Source: Tubulanus polymorphus (taxonomy: Eukaryota; Animalia; Nemertea). Taken from it: a stretch of 64,000 bases of DNA. Within the stretch, counting starts at the first letter, position 1; the number at the start of each line of letters is the position of its first letter. The stretch lies in contig NC_134032.1 of assembly GCF_964204645.1 (NCBI RefSeq), positions 4,302,175 through 4,366,174 of the forward strand. The letters are read 5' to 3'. A program made the translations under genes and the position numbers. Of the stretch, positions 37,768 to 50,439 are shown one piece after another. Under the pieces are notes generated by a model that was given only the letters and a program-made list of their open reading frames with translations, had not been told where the DNA came from and made no database searches.

Positions 37768-38300
37768 ATTCAAATTACTTCTTCAAACTATTTTCAATAC
37801 CAAGGTACAACTAATTATTGTGGGCTGTCTCCTGTGAATAACATCCTTGGCTCCACAGATGGTACATTTCAAGCTTCAGTTGATATGCTAGACAAAATTG
37901 CTGACACAATGTGGATACGTCAGTTTGAAAATTCTACAGTTGGACCGTTGATTAATATATCAGCTTTACAAGATCGTAACATAGATGTATTGATAGAATG
38001 TCTTCAAACATTTGGTTGCAGCTATTGTAATATAGTTTTGGCCATAAGAAGGTGTGCAAGTTTGCTAGAATGAAAAGGCATACTATCTGCTGCCTTCATA
38101 GATTCTCAGGATCAAAATTTGCTGATAAAGACTGGTAATAGCGACCATTGGCTTGTCCTGAAACTCAAAAACAAATTGTTTTGTTTACTTGATTCGAGTT
38201 CTCGGATTGAAAAAATTCTGGACAAAATGACAGCTCTTAATTTTCTGAAGGATCACAGTTTGAATGGGGCGATCTATGCAGTATTTAGGCCACATGTACA
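37768..38300 (+). pseudogene. Josephin (MJD/ataxin-3 family)-like cysteine protease domain
   Basis: One frame reads YFQYQGTTNYCGLSPVNNILG...LDKIAD...NIDVLIECLQ...*...DHWLVLK...FCLLDS. Cys at 37819, His at 38146, Asp at 38191; one stop at 38071. Confidence 0.7.
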
Positions 38301-39059
38301 CGTACATGAGAATGACGAACATGTACGAGTAAGTATCAATATTCATGAATTTCGATTACTCTGGATTTTGTACTCACTTGTGTTTCTTCAGTTTTAGATT
38401 AATTGTGAATTATGCTTATTTATGCTAACATTGTGTAAGGCATAACCACATCTGATGTTTGAGGATCAGGAAATGAAGGCAGTCGTAATTCAAAGAAACA
38501 GGAACGTGTGGATAATGGGGATTTAAGTTATACTGAAGTGAGGCAAGATTAGATTTTTACAGTTTGATGAATTAAATATGATGAATAATTCCGAACGTAT
38601 ATATGAAGTTATGTGAAATCAGTTGAAAATCATCATGTTTTGTAGAACTCTTCAGATCCTGATGATATAGTTGAGACTCAACTAAGCCAAAGAAAGGTAT
38701 ATTCATTAATTCAATAGAATGTTTGGCAATTATTAAATTCTATTGGTTTGCCATATTGATATGAAGAAGTCGATCTTTGTCATATCTATCTAAGGGAAAT
38801 GAGACATTTCGTCCTCTGGAGAATTACATTAAATGATATTCCGTTCATTTGTTATTCTTTATTTCAAATTAAATGGCAAAAACAACTCGTAATTTGTCTG
38901 CATACTTAAGCACACGAACAGAAGCAAGAGTAAGTCAAAATTTAATAACAGCATGAATATCTGATAGGATATAAATCTTTACATTTGAGAATCAGAATGA
39001 ATTTGTGTTTAAGGGGGTGATACATGAGTGAGTATTAATTATTTTTAATTGCACAGCTC

Positions 39060-39300
39060 TCCCGATTAAAAATGCTTCAAGAAATTCCTCATGAGAAGGT
39101 TTTCTGTTTTTGCAAAGATAAAAAGTAAGTCTATCAGTCGATTTGGATACATTGCTTGAGTCTGCATTAAAAAGTAAGCTTTTTAACTTATTTTCTTGGA
39201 CTTTCTCCTCTTATAGTTTAAAGGTTATTTTATGTAATGAATGTGACACCGCTATTCATCCGGAGTGTAATGGGGGAGAATTGGAAGACTTTGACTTACA
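39060..39300 (+). pseudogene. Spliced PHD-like finger remnant
   Basis: KVFCFCKDK / GTAAGT intron / VILCNECDTAIHPEC. Confidence 0.5.
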
Positions 39301-39620
39301 TGTGTTCACTTTGCATATTGAAGTTTTAATATTGGACATGCTAACTGTAACTGCATATGCTGCTGGATGCCACTGAAAAACAGGTATTGTAATATTCCGT
39401 CGTTTTTGGGAACCATCTAATCGATTTGCATGAAACAGCTGATTATATTAAAACAGAAGTTGTCACTTGACAGTAGTTTTGCATAAGAGGTTTTTGCCTG
39501 ATAACACATATATTTCAAAGATTTTGTGACATTAACTTAGAGGTATTTGGAATATTTCTTCTCACAAGTATATGTAGATGTTGATTCTTATGAATTTGTA
39601 TATTTGACCTTTTATGTATA

Positions 39621-40862
39621 AACTAGGGGTCCAGGGACACCATGCCCACTTGGGAAGTGGTTTCAAATGCTCAACAATCTAACAATTTCAATATTCAACG
39701 CCCCCTGCTGACCATATACAAAAACCAATGACCTTGAAACAGACCACAATCATAGAACATGTCATTTGCTACGATTTTGTAATTGATTGTGATAACAAAA
39801 TATGCGTCGTTACCAATTTAATATGGAAATACTATGTTATTCTACAATTCAACGCCCCCTGGTGACCATGTTCAAAACCCAATGACCTTGAAACTTGCCA
39901 CAATCATTGAAAATGTCATGAACTTTGCAATTGATCATGTTAACAAAATATGCCTAGGCACCAACATAATAAGGAAATACTAAATAATTCAACTATTCAA
40001 TGCCCCCTGGTGACCATATAGAATTACTAATGGCCTTAAAACTTGCCACAATCATAGATTATGTCATGAGCTACAACTTTGCAATTGATCGTGGTAACAA
40101 AATATGCATTGGTACAAATATAATATAGAAATACTAAGATTTTATATTATTCAACGCCCCCTGGTGGCCATATACAAAAACTAATGACCTTGAAACTCAC
40201 CACAATCATAGAACACCTTATAGGCTACAACTTTCTAATTAATTGCGGTAACAAAATATGCTTAGCTAATATAATGTCGAAAAACTTTTCCCACCTTCGA
40301 ATGAGTACCGATAACACCAAGATGTCAATTGCGTCATAATTGGCTGATCTCGGTTATAAAACATCCCTTTCCAAAGAATAGCCACCAGCAATTGCAATGA
40401 GAAATGGCAAACCTGGAGGAAGCTACAGGACTCAGAATCCGGGCCAAAATTGACATTTTTGGGCACTAAAAAGCTCATAGGACGACCATCTTCAGTCCGA
40501 TCAACCCAATTATTGTTATGTGTATGGGCCCTGGGGGGATTCAAATATATACGAAAGATCAAGGTAATTGATCACAGCGTCTTCAAAATTTCCCTCAATA
40601 AGTTTAAAACGTTATAAAAGTGCTGATTTTGGCAAACAACAATGGCTGCCAGTCGGCCATCTTGATTCTGACAGGGCCAGTTTATGGGCTGAAGATGGGT
40701 CTAGGGTCGATACATGTGTAACCCAAATATCAAGACATTACCTTGAAGTGTCTTCAAAACTTCCCAAAATAACTGGATTCTGTCTACGGACGGACGGACG
40801 AACGACGGACGAAAAGTGAACACAATAGCCCGCTGGGACTAAAGTCCCAAGTGTGCTATAAA
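39621..40862 (+). mobile_element. Helentron-associated non-autonomous element (HINE; DINE-1/pearl-like) with four ~152-bp core repeats
   Basis: AACTAG start, internal tandem array, (GGAC)n microsatellite, 3' hairpin TGGGACT-AA-AGTCCCA and an A-rich end. 5'-end fragments also at ~19560-19607 (-) and ~43857-43930 (+). Confidence 0.8.
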
Positions 40863-42519
40863 GAAAATAAACAATTGCTTTTGGTTTGATAATTTGGCAT
40901 TATTAGTCTATAAACTCATTATTATTGTCATATAGTTATCAACATGACACGTTGAACAAAGACAGTGTCTTTACATGAAAAAGAAAATGTATTGTTTTTA
41001 CTCATTAGTTTATTTCGGGTAATATTTCACTGAAATGAGAAATAATTGTGTGTAAAAGCAAATAATCACTAAGTCATTACTATATTTGTATGTTTGTTGA
41101 TATATTATGGTTCTCCAAATGTGGTGAATTATGTATGTTATTTGGTGAAAAAATAATAAATTTACAAAGACACATTTCATAAGTCAATTTCTTCCCTAAA
41201 CTTGTTGGTTTCCATGGTAACCATCTGATGGGAATATTTGTCATGAACTTTGAAATTTCAAAATTTTAAATTTCGATATACCGCCATCATAAAAGTTGAA
41301 TAACGTGCCCTCGATTAAATAACGAAACGCCACCGTAAAACGATACTGATGACCTCGTTCATCGATCCGATGACCTCGCTGTGTTGCATGTCTAGTCCTC
41401 CCACATAGGTGCGATAATCAAAACTATTTCATTAGATGGCACCACCAGCGCCAAGTGTAAAACAAAAAACTGGAGGAACCAAGATCTATCGAAACAGAAA
41501 ATAGCTGACCATTTTTTCCGTACGATTGAATAAGACCATGATTTAAGGCACCATACAGGCGATCTCTATGTTTGAATCGATCCCGATTAATATCGTACGC
41601 ACCGTAAATGTTAAATGTGATAGGATTCCTACTTGTAGCCTACGATGTTCTGATGCACCCCGACATTTGTTATGTAAAAAGGTTTTTAATTTTGAAAGGA
41701 TGTGTTTTAGATTCTTTCAATATACATCGTTCTGAGCAGATAGTAGGTATTTAGCAGGGATTTGAGCTACTTGACCTCAACCCCGATTTGCTGCTACTCT
41801 GTTTACCTCCAAAATCAGTAATACCCAAATATGGCGTAAAATCAAGGTATGACTGTATATCTCAAACAGTTTTCGAGTTTTCATGTATACAGGAAGTTCC
41901 TGCGTCGAAAGTAGATGGCATCAGCCGTCCATTCGATTGTGCGTGCCTTTGACGATGCAGCGTATCGATTGAATTTCTGGTTTTTGCATAATACAATAGT
42001 TTTGGACAACTATCAAATTTAAAATAAATATACAGTAAGACTCTCCAATGACTGGGAAATGAGAAAGTAAATCCTACAAAATGGCACACGAATATTTGAG
42101 CAGATTAATAGACCGGTTTGCCTGTTTCGTATAATCGAATATGCCCTTACATTGATTGGCTGCGGGAGATTGATTGGCTGCGGGAGATCAGCCAACTGCA
42201 GGGAGCATTTATTTTACATCAAATAACGATGTATAACAGCCTTCTAGACATTTTATGAAACAAAATGCTCCATGGAATTTTTCAAAAAATAGCCACAAAT
42301 TCGTTAATTTCTTTTAAATGAATGCGACATTCAAAATTCCATTTCCAACAGATTTTTGCCGCACGAGTTACATTTTGCACATAAACATAGCATTGCATGA
42401 CGTTGTGTCAAGGTAACAACCTCATTTGTAAGCAAAGATTTGATTTTTGGATCCATAACAAGACTGAGATAATTATACCAGCTTTAATCGTCCAATGGTC
42501 TTTCATCACTTAACACAGT

Positions 42520-43520
42520 GGAAATATTAAATATTGCTACTGTCAGGAACTTACTGATGGGGATCGTATGGTGGAGTGCGATTATTGTGGCAACTGGTAT
42601 CACTATAGATGTCTGAAAACAGGATTTTTGTCAACAAGTTATGCCAGATTTCTACGATCAATGAATGCCGAGCGACCTGTGCAATGGGTGACAGATGTCC
42701 TTCAAAGGAAAATCCTCCGGATTAAAGATCAACTGTTGAGTATTATACAAATAGTATGTACCGATACTGTTCATGTGGGATGGGAATTTATGGACATTTT
42801 GATTTAAAGTGTTAAGGAACTCTTTCCCGGGGTATCTAACGGGTATCATGTTTGACTGTGATGTTTTGCGCAAAATATTGACAACTACTTAACACGTTTG
42901 ATTGCCAGGAAAAACATTGCTTCATCATGAACTGTAAATGTTGATGACATGATGATGGCTATTTAGGTAACTGCGTAGAAGAATGCTGGGGTTGCTAATG
43001 CCATGTCAACAGTGTGCAACACAAGAGTCAGCGTGAAACAGAAGTAGTCGGATATGTAGGAAAAATATTTTATCTGCCCAAACTGGGTGCTGATGCATCG
43101 GGTGATATTGGTTGTCCGCAGTTATTGTGCATTGGAGTTTCGCAACAGATACTGACCGTCGCTAAACACAGTAAAAATATTAAATATTGCTTCTGTCAGG
43201 AACTAACTGATGGGGATCGTATGGTGGAGTGCGATTATTGTAGCAACTGGTATCACTATAAATGTCTGAAAACAGACATCATCCTGCAACAAACAGGGAA
43301 TTGTGAACATAAAAAACACGTGCTAGTTAATATCGGCAATACAAGGATTTTTGTCGACAATTATGCCAGATTTCTACGATCAATGAATGCCGAGCGACCT
43401 GTGCATTGGGTGACAGATGTCCTTCAAAGGAAAATCCTCTGGATTAAAGATCAACTGTTGATTATACAGATGGTATGTACCAATACGTTCGATGAACCCA
43501 TGTGGAATGGGAATTTTTGA
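42520..43520 (+). pseudogene. Tandemly duplicated PHD-finger-containing coding fragment
   Basis: KYCYCQE...MVECDYCGNWYHYRC and KYCFCQE...MVECDYCSNWYHYKC about 650 bp apart with shared downstream sequence. Confidence 0.7.
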
Positions 43521-44763
43521 ATGTGTTTTTCAGGACTAGGGGTCATATCCGAGGCAAGCACTGCGTCAAAGGTCACCAGGTCGAGATCAGATATGGTAAC
43601 GTGAGTTTCTTGCCCGGACACGACCGCCAGTGAGCCTGACTGAGAAAAGCCCCTTGGTCAAAAATTCTGGTGACATCGACATACCTGACCTTCAAGGTCA
43701 TGTGGAGATCGAATGTAGGCCTATCTAGATAGGAATAGGACTCAAACTTCCTGCGACGTGCCAAGGGTGTGACAGATCCAACTGCACAGTTAACATCATG
43801 TCTATTCAGGTTGAAGGAGCGGCATTTCTTAGGGACTGCAACAAGCAGGTACTCTAAACTAGGGGCCCAGGGACACCATGCCTACTTGGAAGGTGGTTTC
43901 AAATGCTCAACAATTTGAATATTCAACAACCCCGACAGAATTTTGGTTCATGAGGACAAAGACGGAAGCTCTGCTGACCTTCAGTCACAGCGGAGCTAAA
44001 AACTACGTCAAACGGATATGTTCATCCCTTGATGCAAAGGATAAATTCTAAATATTATCCTCAGGTAAATCTGATTGAAGTTGGGTTGATAGAAACTTAT
44101 TCTCTTCCTACTGTATGTTCTGATGTGATACTGGCGGGAATCAGAACGAAAAGGTCAATATCAACACAACCAGAAAATCCATGCGAATCAGATCATGACC
44201 CAAACAAAAATGAATCAAGCCAACAAAAACCAGAATTGATGCATTAAATACCACCAAACATTGATTACATTGCCAAGAGCAGATTGTCTCCAAGTCCAAG
44301 GCGAAATAAATTAGGCCTAAGTTGAAATTTAAACTTGATAATCAATAGGCCTTATTATTAGTAATTATTAGCAAACAAACGCAGTTGAAAGAAAATTGCA
44401 TGCGACTAAAAATTACGCTGGATACTTTGATATCTAAACAATGTTGCTCCGCTACGCAATAGCCTAAGGAAAATGACTGTTTGCTGCTAGATAAGTCGAC
44501 AGAAAACACCAGCTAACATCACAGTTGTTTATTTTTCTAAGAGTTTTGCAGGCATTAAAGAAGACATCGACACAATAAATCTAAGTCAGATTTCCAACAA
44601 CATTGGACCGAGTATTTCCATAGGCCTACTCAACTGGGTTCCTACAATACGTTAGTAATTCTATCTTCAGGAAAAAAGATGCACTTCATTCACTAAGGTT
44701 TCGATAGGGTTAGCATAAGGGTGAGCTTTGGGGTCCATTTTCACCCCTAGGGATAGGCTTAGG

Positions 44764-45184
44764 GGGCTCCTAACTAATTACCGAGATGACACAATTTACC
44801 GAGATGACATGAAGTATAACATTTTTGCTAATTTCTAAACCGTTTTAACACTTGAAATCATGTTATATCAGTAATAAATACCTTCTAGAGTAATATTTTA
44901 CATATTTTGCCGGATATTTTGTATAGAAAATATTGACTACAAATACGTCATCTCGGTTAGCAATAAAATGTCATTGAATTTGATTGATCAATCCCATCTC
45001 GGTTACGTTAAAAGTTATTTTTCTACAAAAATATCAGACAAATTTTGTAAAATATGACTCCAGCAGGTTTATACTACTCATATAATATGATTTCAAATGT
45101 AAAAATCGATAAGGAATAAATAAATATGTTATATTTCATGTCATCTCAGTTGATCTCGGTAAATTTCGTCATCTCGGTATGTTT
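44764..45184. mobile_element. Foldback-like MITE (almost fully palindromic), right tip missing
   Basis: ACCGAGATGAC repeats inverted at both ends, ~200-bp arms. Followed by TTAA|AGTGCAGATCC, a possible Kolobok-type start at 45187. Confidence 0.7.
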
Positions 45185-46041
45185 AAAGTGCAGATCCACA
45201 CCTCCCTTGATTGACGCACTCTATCTATTTTAAAGCTATCTTTCTAGACAGAAAATCCTCCAAGGAATCCAATGGGGCACTTTATTTTATGATTTGACCA
45301 TCGGAAAGTTGTTTTATAGGCAATTTTTCGGCCAAAAATCCTTCCTTTTTTAATCTGACGCCATTTTGAATCGGGTAATTCTATAATGATAACTCCTCCG
45401 GTATCCTTGCTGAAACGACTATATCAATCAATTCAATTCAATTTTATTGAACAATATTTGGAAGGTCCACTTGAAATTGAAACACGCCCCTTTGCCGATG
45501 ACTCATGTGACCACAAACACACCTGATCCGAAGCCGATTCATACATGTATTTTTCCTTTGAGAAATAATCAACTTTTGACTAACAGAGATCATTCATGAG
45601 TACCAGGGTAACAATAAATTCTACAATTACATTTTTATTTATCAGCTGCATGTACCGGTACATCAAATAATGCAAAAATAAAGAAATGTTTTAATACCAA
45701 AAATATTGTGTCTTATATGTTAAGAACCATTCCCGCACACACCTGCAGAGGATGATATGAGGTCATAACAGTTTTCCTAGGAAAGAATTTTAGGAGTCTC
45801 TTTTGATGTTACTTTTTCCCATGCAAAGCTGTCAAATTTGCCACACCTGACCATCATGCAGACGCACCTTCACCACTTAGAAAGTATACATATCTCAAAC
45901 CCGCTATGTTTCCTCACAGTAATCAAAATGGCACAAGCCCAGTTACAAAGACAGTTTCCTGATGTAATCTCGATGACAATCATTGAGTTGTTACATGCTG
46001 TGGCAACAAACAAGTTAGAGCGTTTCCAGTGGTGCCAGAAC

Positions 46042-48661
46042 CGGTTCCTGAACTTCGCTGAAAAAGCTGAAACACTGAAACGCTGAATCGCTGAAATAAA
46101 AACGCTGAAATTTCAGGGAATTTCCGAAAAACGCCGAAATTTCAGGGAATTCCCAAAAAACGCTGAAATCGTGCTAGGTACCGACAATACACGTTTTGAA
46201 ATAATTTCCGGGCCGGTGTCCGCTGCCGAGTCCTGAACCGTCTTTTAGTCTCCACCTTCGGTTACAGAGACATGCATGGGCAGTATGTGTGGAGTATACT
46301 TCTAGAGGGCCACTTGTTGGACAAATTAATTCGCTTGAAATCCGGATTTTTAATGCATACAGGCAGCATGATGAGGAAAACCCATTCACAAACCGTGCAA
46401 GGCAACTTAAACACTATGCTCAATATTCCAAGAATATGGTTTACTTCTGCAAGACGTATCGTTCATGTATAAAACAGGATTATAAGCAACTTTTCTTTTG
46501 TCAACACGTTGATGGGCGACGGACTATGGTATTCTCTGAAGGAGGTAAATTAAATTTGACAGCTAGTTATATAAATGATGCAGCTTTTGGACAAAAGGGA
46601 TCTAACTAAATTTCTTTTTAATTCACCGTGGAATGGAATGGATTGACGCCAATGACATGCAGTAGGCCCCTACTTATAGGTCATACTAATTAGCGTCAAC
46701 CAATTAATCTAAATCGGGCAAACCATTCAACAACTGTAATTTATTTGCTGTGTTGTGATAATAATAGGTTTTTTTTTTTTAAATGACATACCAAAAGGAG
46801 GAGTCATAGACAAAGTTGATTTGCTCAGCTGGACACACTTCTTGTCAAGTACATCATCTCAAGTATTGGGTGTTTTGTAAGTTTGATTTCAGTATTTATT
46901 TACTAAGTGCTGTTCCCTCGGACCTCAGTGCTTTCAAACTAGGCCCACCCCATAGGCTATATCTCCAGAGTGTATTAGCCACTATTCTTTTATTTCATAC
47001 TTTAAATGCACTTTTTTTCTATTTTTAGACTCGGGCTAAGAATGTGCAAATTTTAGATACTGAGAAATCAGATGGCACTAGTTAACTTGAACTGCGAAAT
47101 TTGCAGCAGGATAGCTGAACGACACAATTTTTAAAAACAAAATGGCTATTCGAATGCTTTTTCAGTAATAACTTGATTCAACCAGAGAGAAATAAGTCAA
47201 TTGGGGATGTACAGTACACCCACTTTACTTCCCCGTTTTCCTGGTACCAAATTTTTTATCTTAAGCTAAGCAATATTCTTAGGTATGCTAGTGAATTTCA
47301 TTAGAATATAAAGCAATGGAACCAGAATTCAAGCCCGAGTTAAGCGAACTATTGATTCTGATATAATGTAAGAACTGATTTCTTTTGTGTACTCTTGTAG
47401 AATGTGTTAAGTATTATTTTAAGCTGTTAAATAATATAATTAGACAAACGTCAAATTATTGGATTGTTCTTGTTGACTCGTTTAATTTTGTGAGTTTAGA
47501 GTTCCAGTCAATCCACAATGTGCAGTGCCTAGCCTGCATCTAGTACTAAAGCCAAGCCTGTGTATGGGAAAACGTTGTTCGACTCTCATAAGCCAGACAA
47601 ATCAAAACTTGCAAAACATTGCAGATAGTAGTCTCCAGCAAGTAGACAGAGAAAGTAAACCAGGTTTTACCCGTACCCTACCCGGCATCTTCACCTGTCA
47701 AGGGATTCGAACCCACTACACTAAAGCTGTTCTCCGAACCGCTTGACCTCGAGTCGTTACTAGCCGACCAGAATTAGGTCGGGCCAATCACAGCGCTTGT
47801 TACAAACAATATTTGGCATCTATGGAATTTCCCGGTAAATGGACCAATCAGCGAACACGTAGCGAAAACGGAAGTATTGTCGCGTGTTGATATATGACGT
47901 CATTCGCTAAAACGCCGGTAATGAAATCGCGCGTCGTGAGGCCAGGGGGCAGGTGGAAGCGAGTTTGGGAGCGATACTGGTCTCCTGGCGAACGAGGATG
48001 CCTACCCGGGAACGAAAGACACTCCAAGACTCCTTCCTTGTAGAGATTGTAGAAATATGGCACCCAATCGTAGTAATGCTAAGTACAGTATACTATGACG
48101 GTTGAACCTTTATTCACACCGAAATAGAATCAAAGTAGTCATAAGTTCCATGATAGCACTTAATTTGGGTTATCAGGTTCAGCCTTACTAGCTGTACTTT
48201 CATTCAGCTACTACTTTTGTATGAGACTTGGCAATGATAAGTTGGAAGAAATCACCAAATATAAGAAAAAATATTGAGAATTAATATTACTGTAATTAAG
48301 AATTTATTCAAATGAAGTGATAATTTCATTGTTAGATCGTACCGGTATATGCGCATAAAACAAAAAACACATCTAACAATCAACGCAATCCGCAATCGAT
48401 CAAGTTGAACATGACGACGACCTTAAGGCATGTCTCTGTAACCGAAGGTAGAGTCTAAAAGACAGTTCAGGACTCGGCAGCGGACACCGGCCCGGAAAGA
48501 ATTTCAAAACGTGTATTGTCGGTACCTAGCACGATTTCAGCGTTTTTCGGGAATTCCCTGAAATTTCGGCGTTTTTCGGAAATTCCCTGAAATTTCAGCG
48601 TTTTTATTTCAGCGTTTCAGCTTTTCAGTGTTTCAGCTTTTTCAGCGAAGTTCAGGAACCG
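46042..48661. mobile_element. Non-autonomous MULE-like transposon, copy 1
   Basis: ~230-bp TIRs starting CGGTTCCTGAACTTCGCTGAAAAAGC; 10-bp TSD GTGCCAGAAC (46032-46041, 48662-48671). Confidence 0.93.
47686..48000. mobile_element. 315-bp CATC...GATG MITE, copy 1
   Basis: 9-bp TSD CCTACCCGG; the empty site is visible in the sister element at ~58945. Confidence 0.92.
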
Positions 48662-49389
48662 GTGCCAGAACCACTGTCTGCTGGCAAGAGAAATGAGATG
48701 TCATCAGTGCGATGCTCTAATGGTGACTCGGGTCCAAAATCGAGACAGCTGTGGCTAAGTCTGGCGTTGCACAGCCAACCAGAACCATTCAACAAAGAGA
48801 GTTAAAGAATATAGCTTCATTCAGGGGGCACATGTGCCCCTAGAGAAACTTATTCTCATCATTCATTTTTGGGCTCACAATGATGTGAGCAATGCAACAA
48901 CAAAATCAATGATCGGGACCTCCAAACATACGGTCATCGACTGGAACAATTTTTTGAGACATATGCATAACTGCTTTGGAGCAGAATCCTCCAGTAATTG
49001 GTGGACCAGGTCTCCATGTTGAACTGGACGAGACACTCATCGCCAGAACGCGACATGCCGCCAATCACCAAGCGCAACAGGTACCTCAGAGATGGGTGAT
49101 TGGTGGCGTAACGAAACCGGAGATGCGTTTCTTGTTGAATGTCCGGGTGGAAGGAGGGATGCGGCTACCCTCCTCCCCATCATCGAAGCCCATGTCGCGA
49201 ATGGTTCAACGATTTACACAAGACGGCTGGTGCGCATATCAACAACTACCCAATTTGGGCAATGGCTACGCACATGGCTGGGTCAACCATAATCTGCATT
49301 TTCTGGACCCCAATACAGGAATAACAACTAATCATGCAGAAAATCTGTGAGTAAACACGAAGAGGAAACTGAAAAGAATGTTGGCCCCT

Positions 49390-49860
49390 TATTTTAGTAA
49401 TTACAATATTTACACTTGTGTTGACTATACACTGAGTCTTATTCCTGTGTAATAATTTACAATATTTACAATTGACAATTGTAAATATTGTATATACTAC
49501 AATATTGTATATACTACTATTATATTACTGTACACTGAGTCTTATTCCTGTGTAATTATTTTCAATATTTACACATGTGTTGACAATACACAGTCTTATT
49601 CCTGTGTAATAATTTAAAATATTTACAATTGTGTTGAATGTACACTGAGTCTTATTCCTGTGTAATTATTTTCAATATTTACACTTTTGTTGACTAAACA
49701 GTCTTATTCCTGTGTAATAATTTAAAATATTTACAATTGTGTTGAATGTACACTGAGTCTTATTCCTGTGTAATTATTTACAATATTTACACTTTAGTTG
49801 ACTATACACAGTCTTATTCCTGTGTAATAATTTACAATATTTTCACTTTTGTTGACTATA
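49390..49860. repeat. ~58-bp tandem repeat, ~7 copies
   Basis: AGTCTTATTCCTGTGTAAT recurs regularly. Confidence 0.95.
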
Positions 49861-50439
49861 GGTAAATGGAAAGAGTGATGGAAATAAAAGAATAGTTCAT
49901 TTGGCAGACGCAAGGATTACACAACCAATGTTGTTGCAGTTGTTGCCAAATCAGCACTTTTTCGTATTTTTGAGCATTTCAAGGGAGAAAGGTTTGTAGG
50001 TAAATATCAATGTTTTAACTAATTGTCTTGATATTTGATTGTTGTTTACACGGTCATTTAAGACACATGTTGAATTAGGATTTCTGTGAGATGCATAAGT
50101 AAATGATGAGTTATATTATGTTTCATAGGGTTTAGATTTTAGATAAAGACCTTAATGTATCTTTTCATTGTCATACACTGTGGACTGAGTGATAAAACTT
50201 GGCAATGTATTTCCATCACCATCACTTTAAATGTAGCAGATTTTGTCACCAAAATACCATATACATTTTTTTTCAATCTGATATTTACTATGATTAATAA
50301 TTTGAATTCACATGATTTTTAATTGATTGATAAAATTAGTCTGCATGATTGCCTTTTGATCGAAAAATAATTTCAGTATGCATGATTGTTGTTTTATTCA
50401 CATTCATTTTTTATTTCAGATAAGATGCATCATGTTTCG

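Larger units (their letters stand above)
45928..49380 (+). pseudogene. Merlin (IS1595/ISXO2-like) transposase, split by an insertion
   Basis: FQWCQN | HCLLAREMRCHQC...WRC...; VELDETL, WVIGG, RDAATLLPII, TDGW, VNH...TNHAENL motifs; stops and frameshifts. Confidence 0.9.

Noticed and set aside
46174-47028. Short ORFs inside the twin MULE-like elements
   Set aside because: The frames differ between the two copies because of indels, and no domain is recognisable.
49390-49860. CRISPR-like regular repeat
   Set aside because: The intervening sequences are also repeated; it is an ordinary minisatellite.
50176-50182. CACTGTG (RSS heptamer complement) near the RAG1-like gene
   Set aside because: No nonamer at 12- or 23-bp spacing, and I found no matching inverted partner on the other side of the gene.
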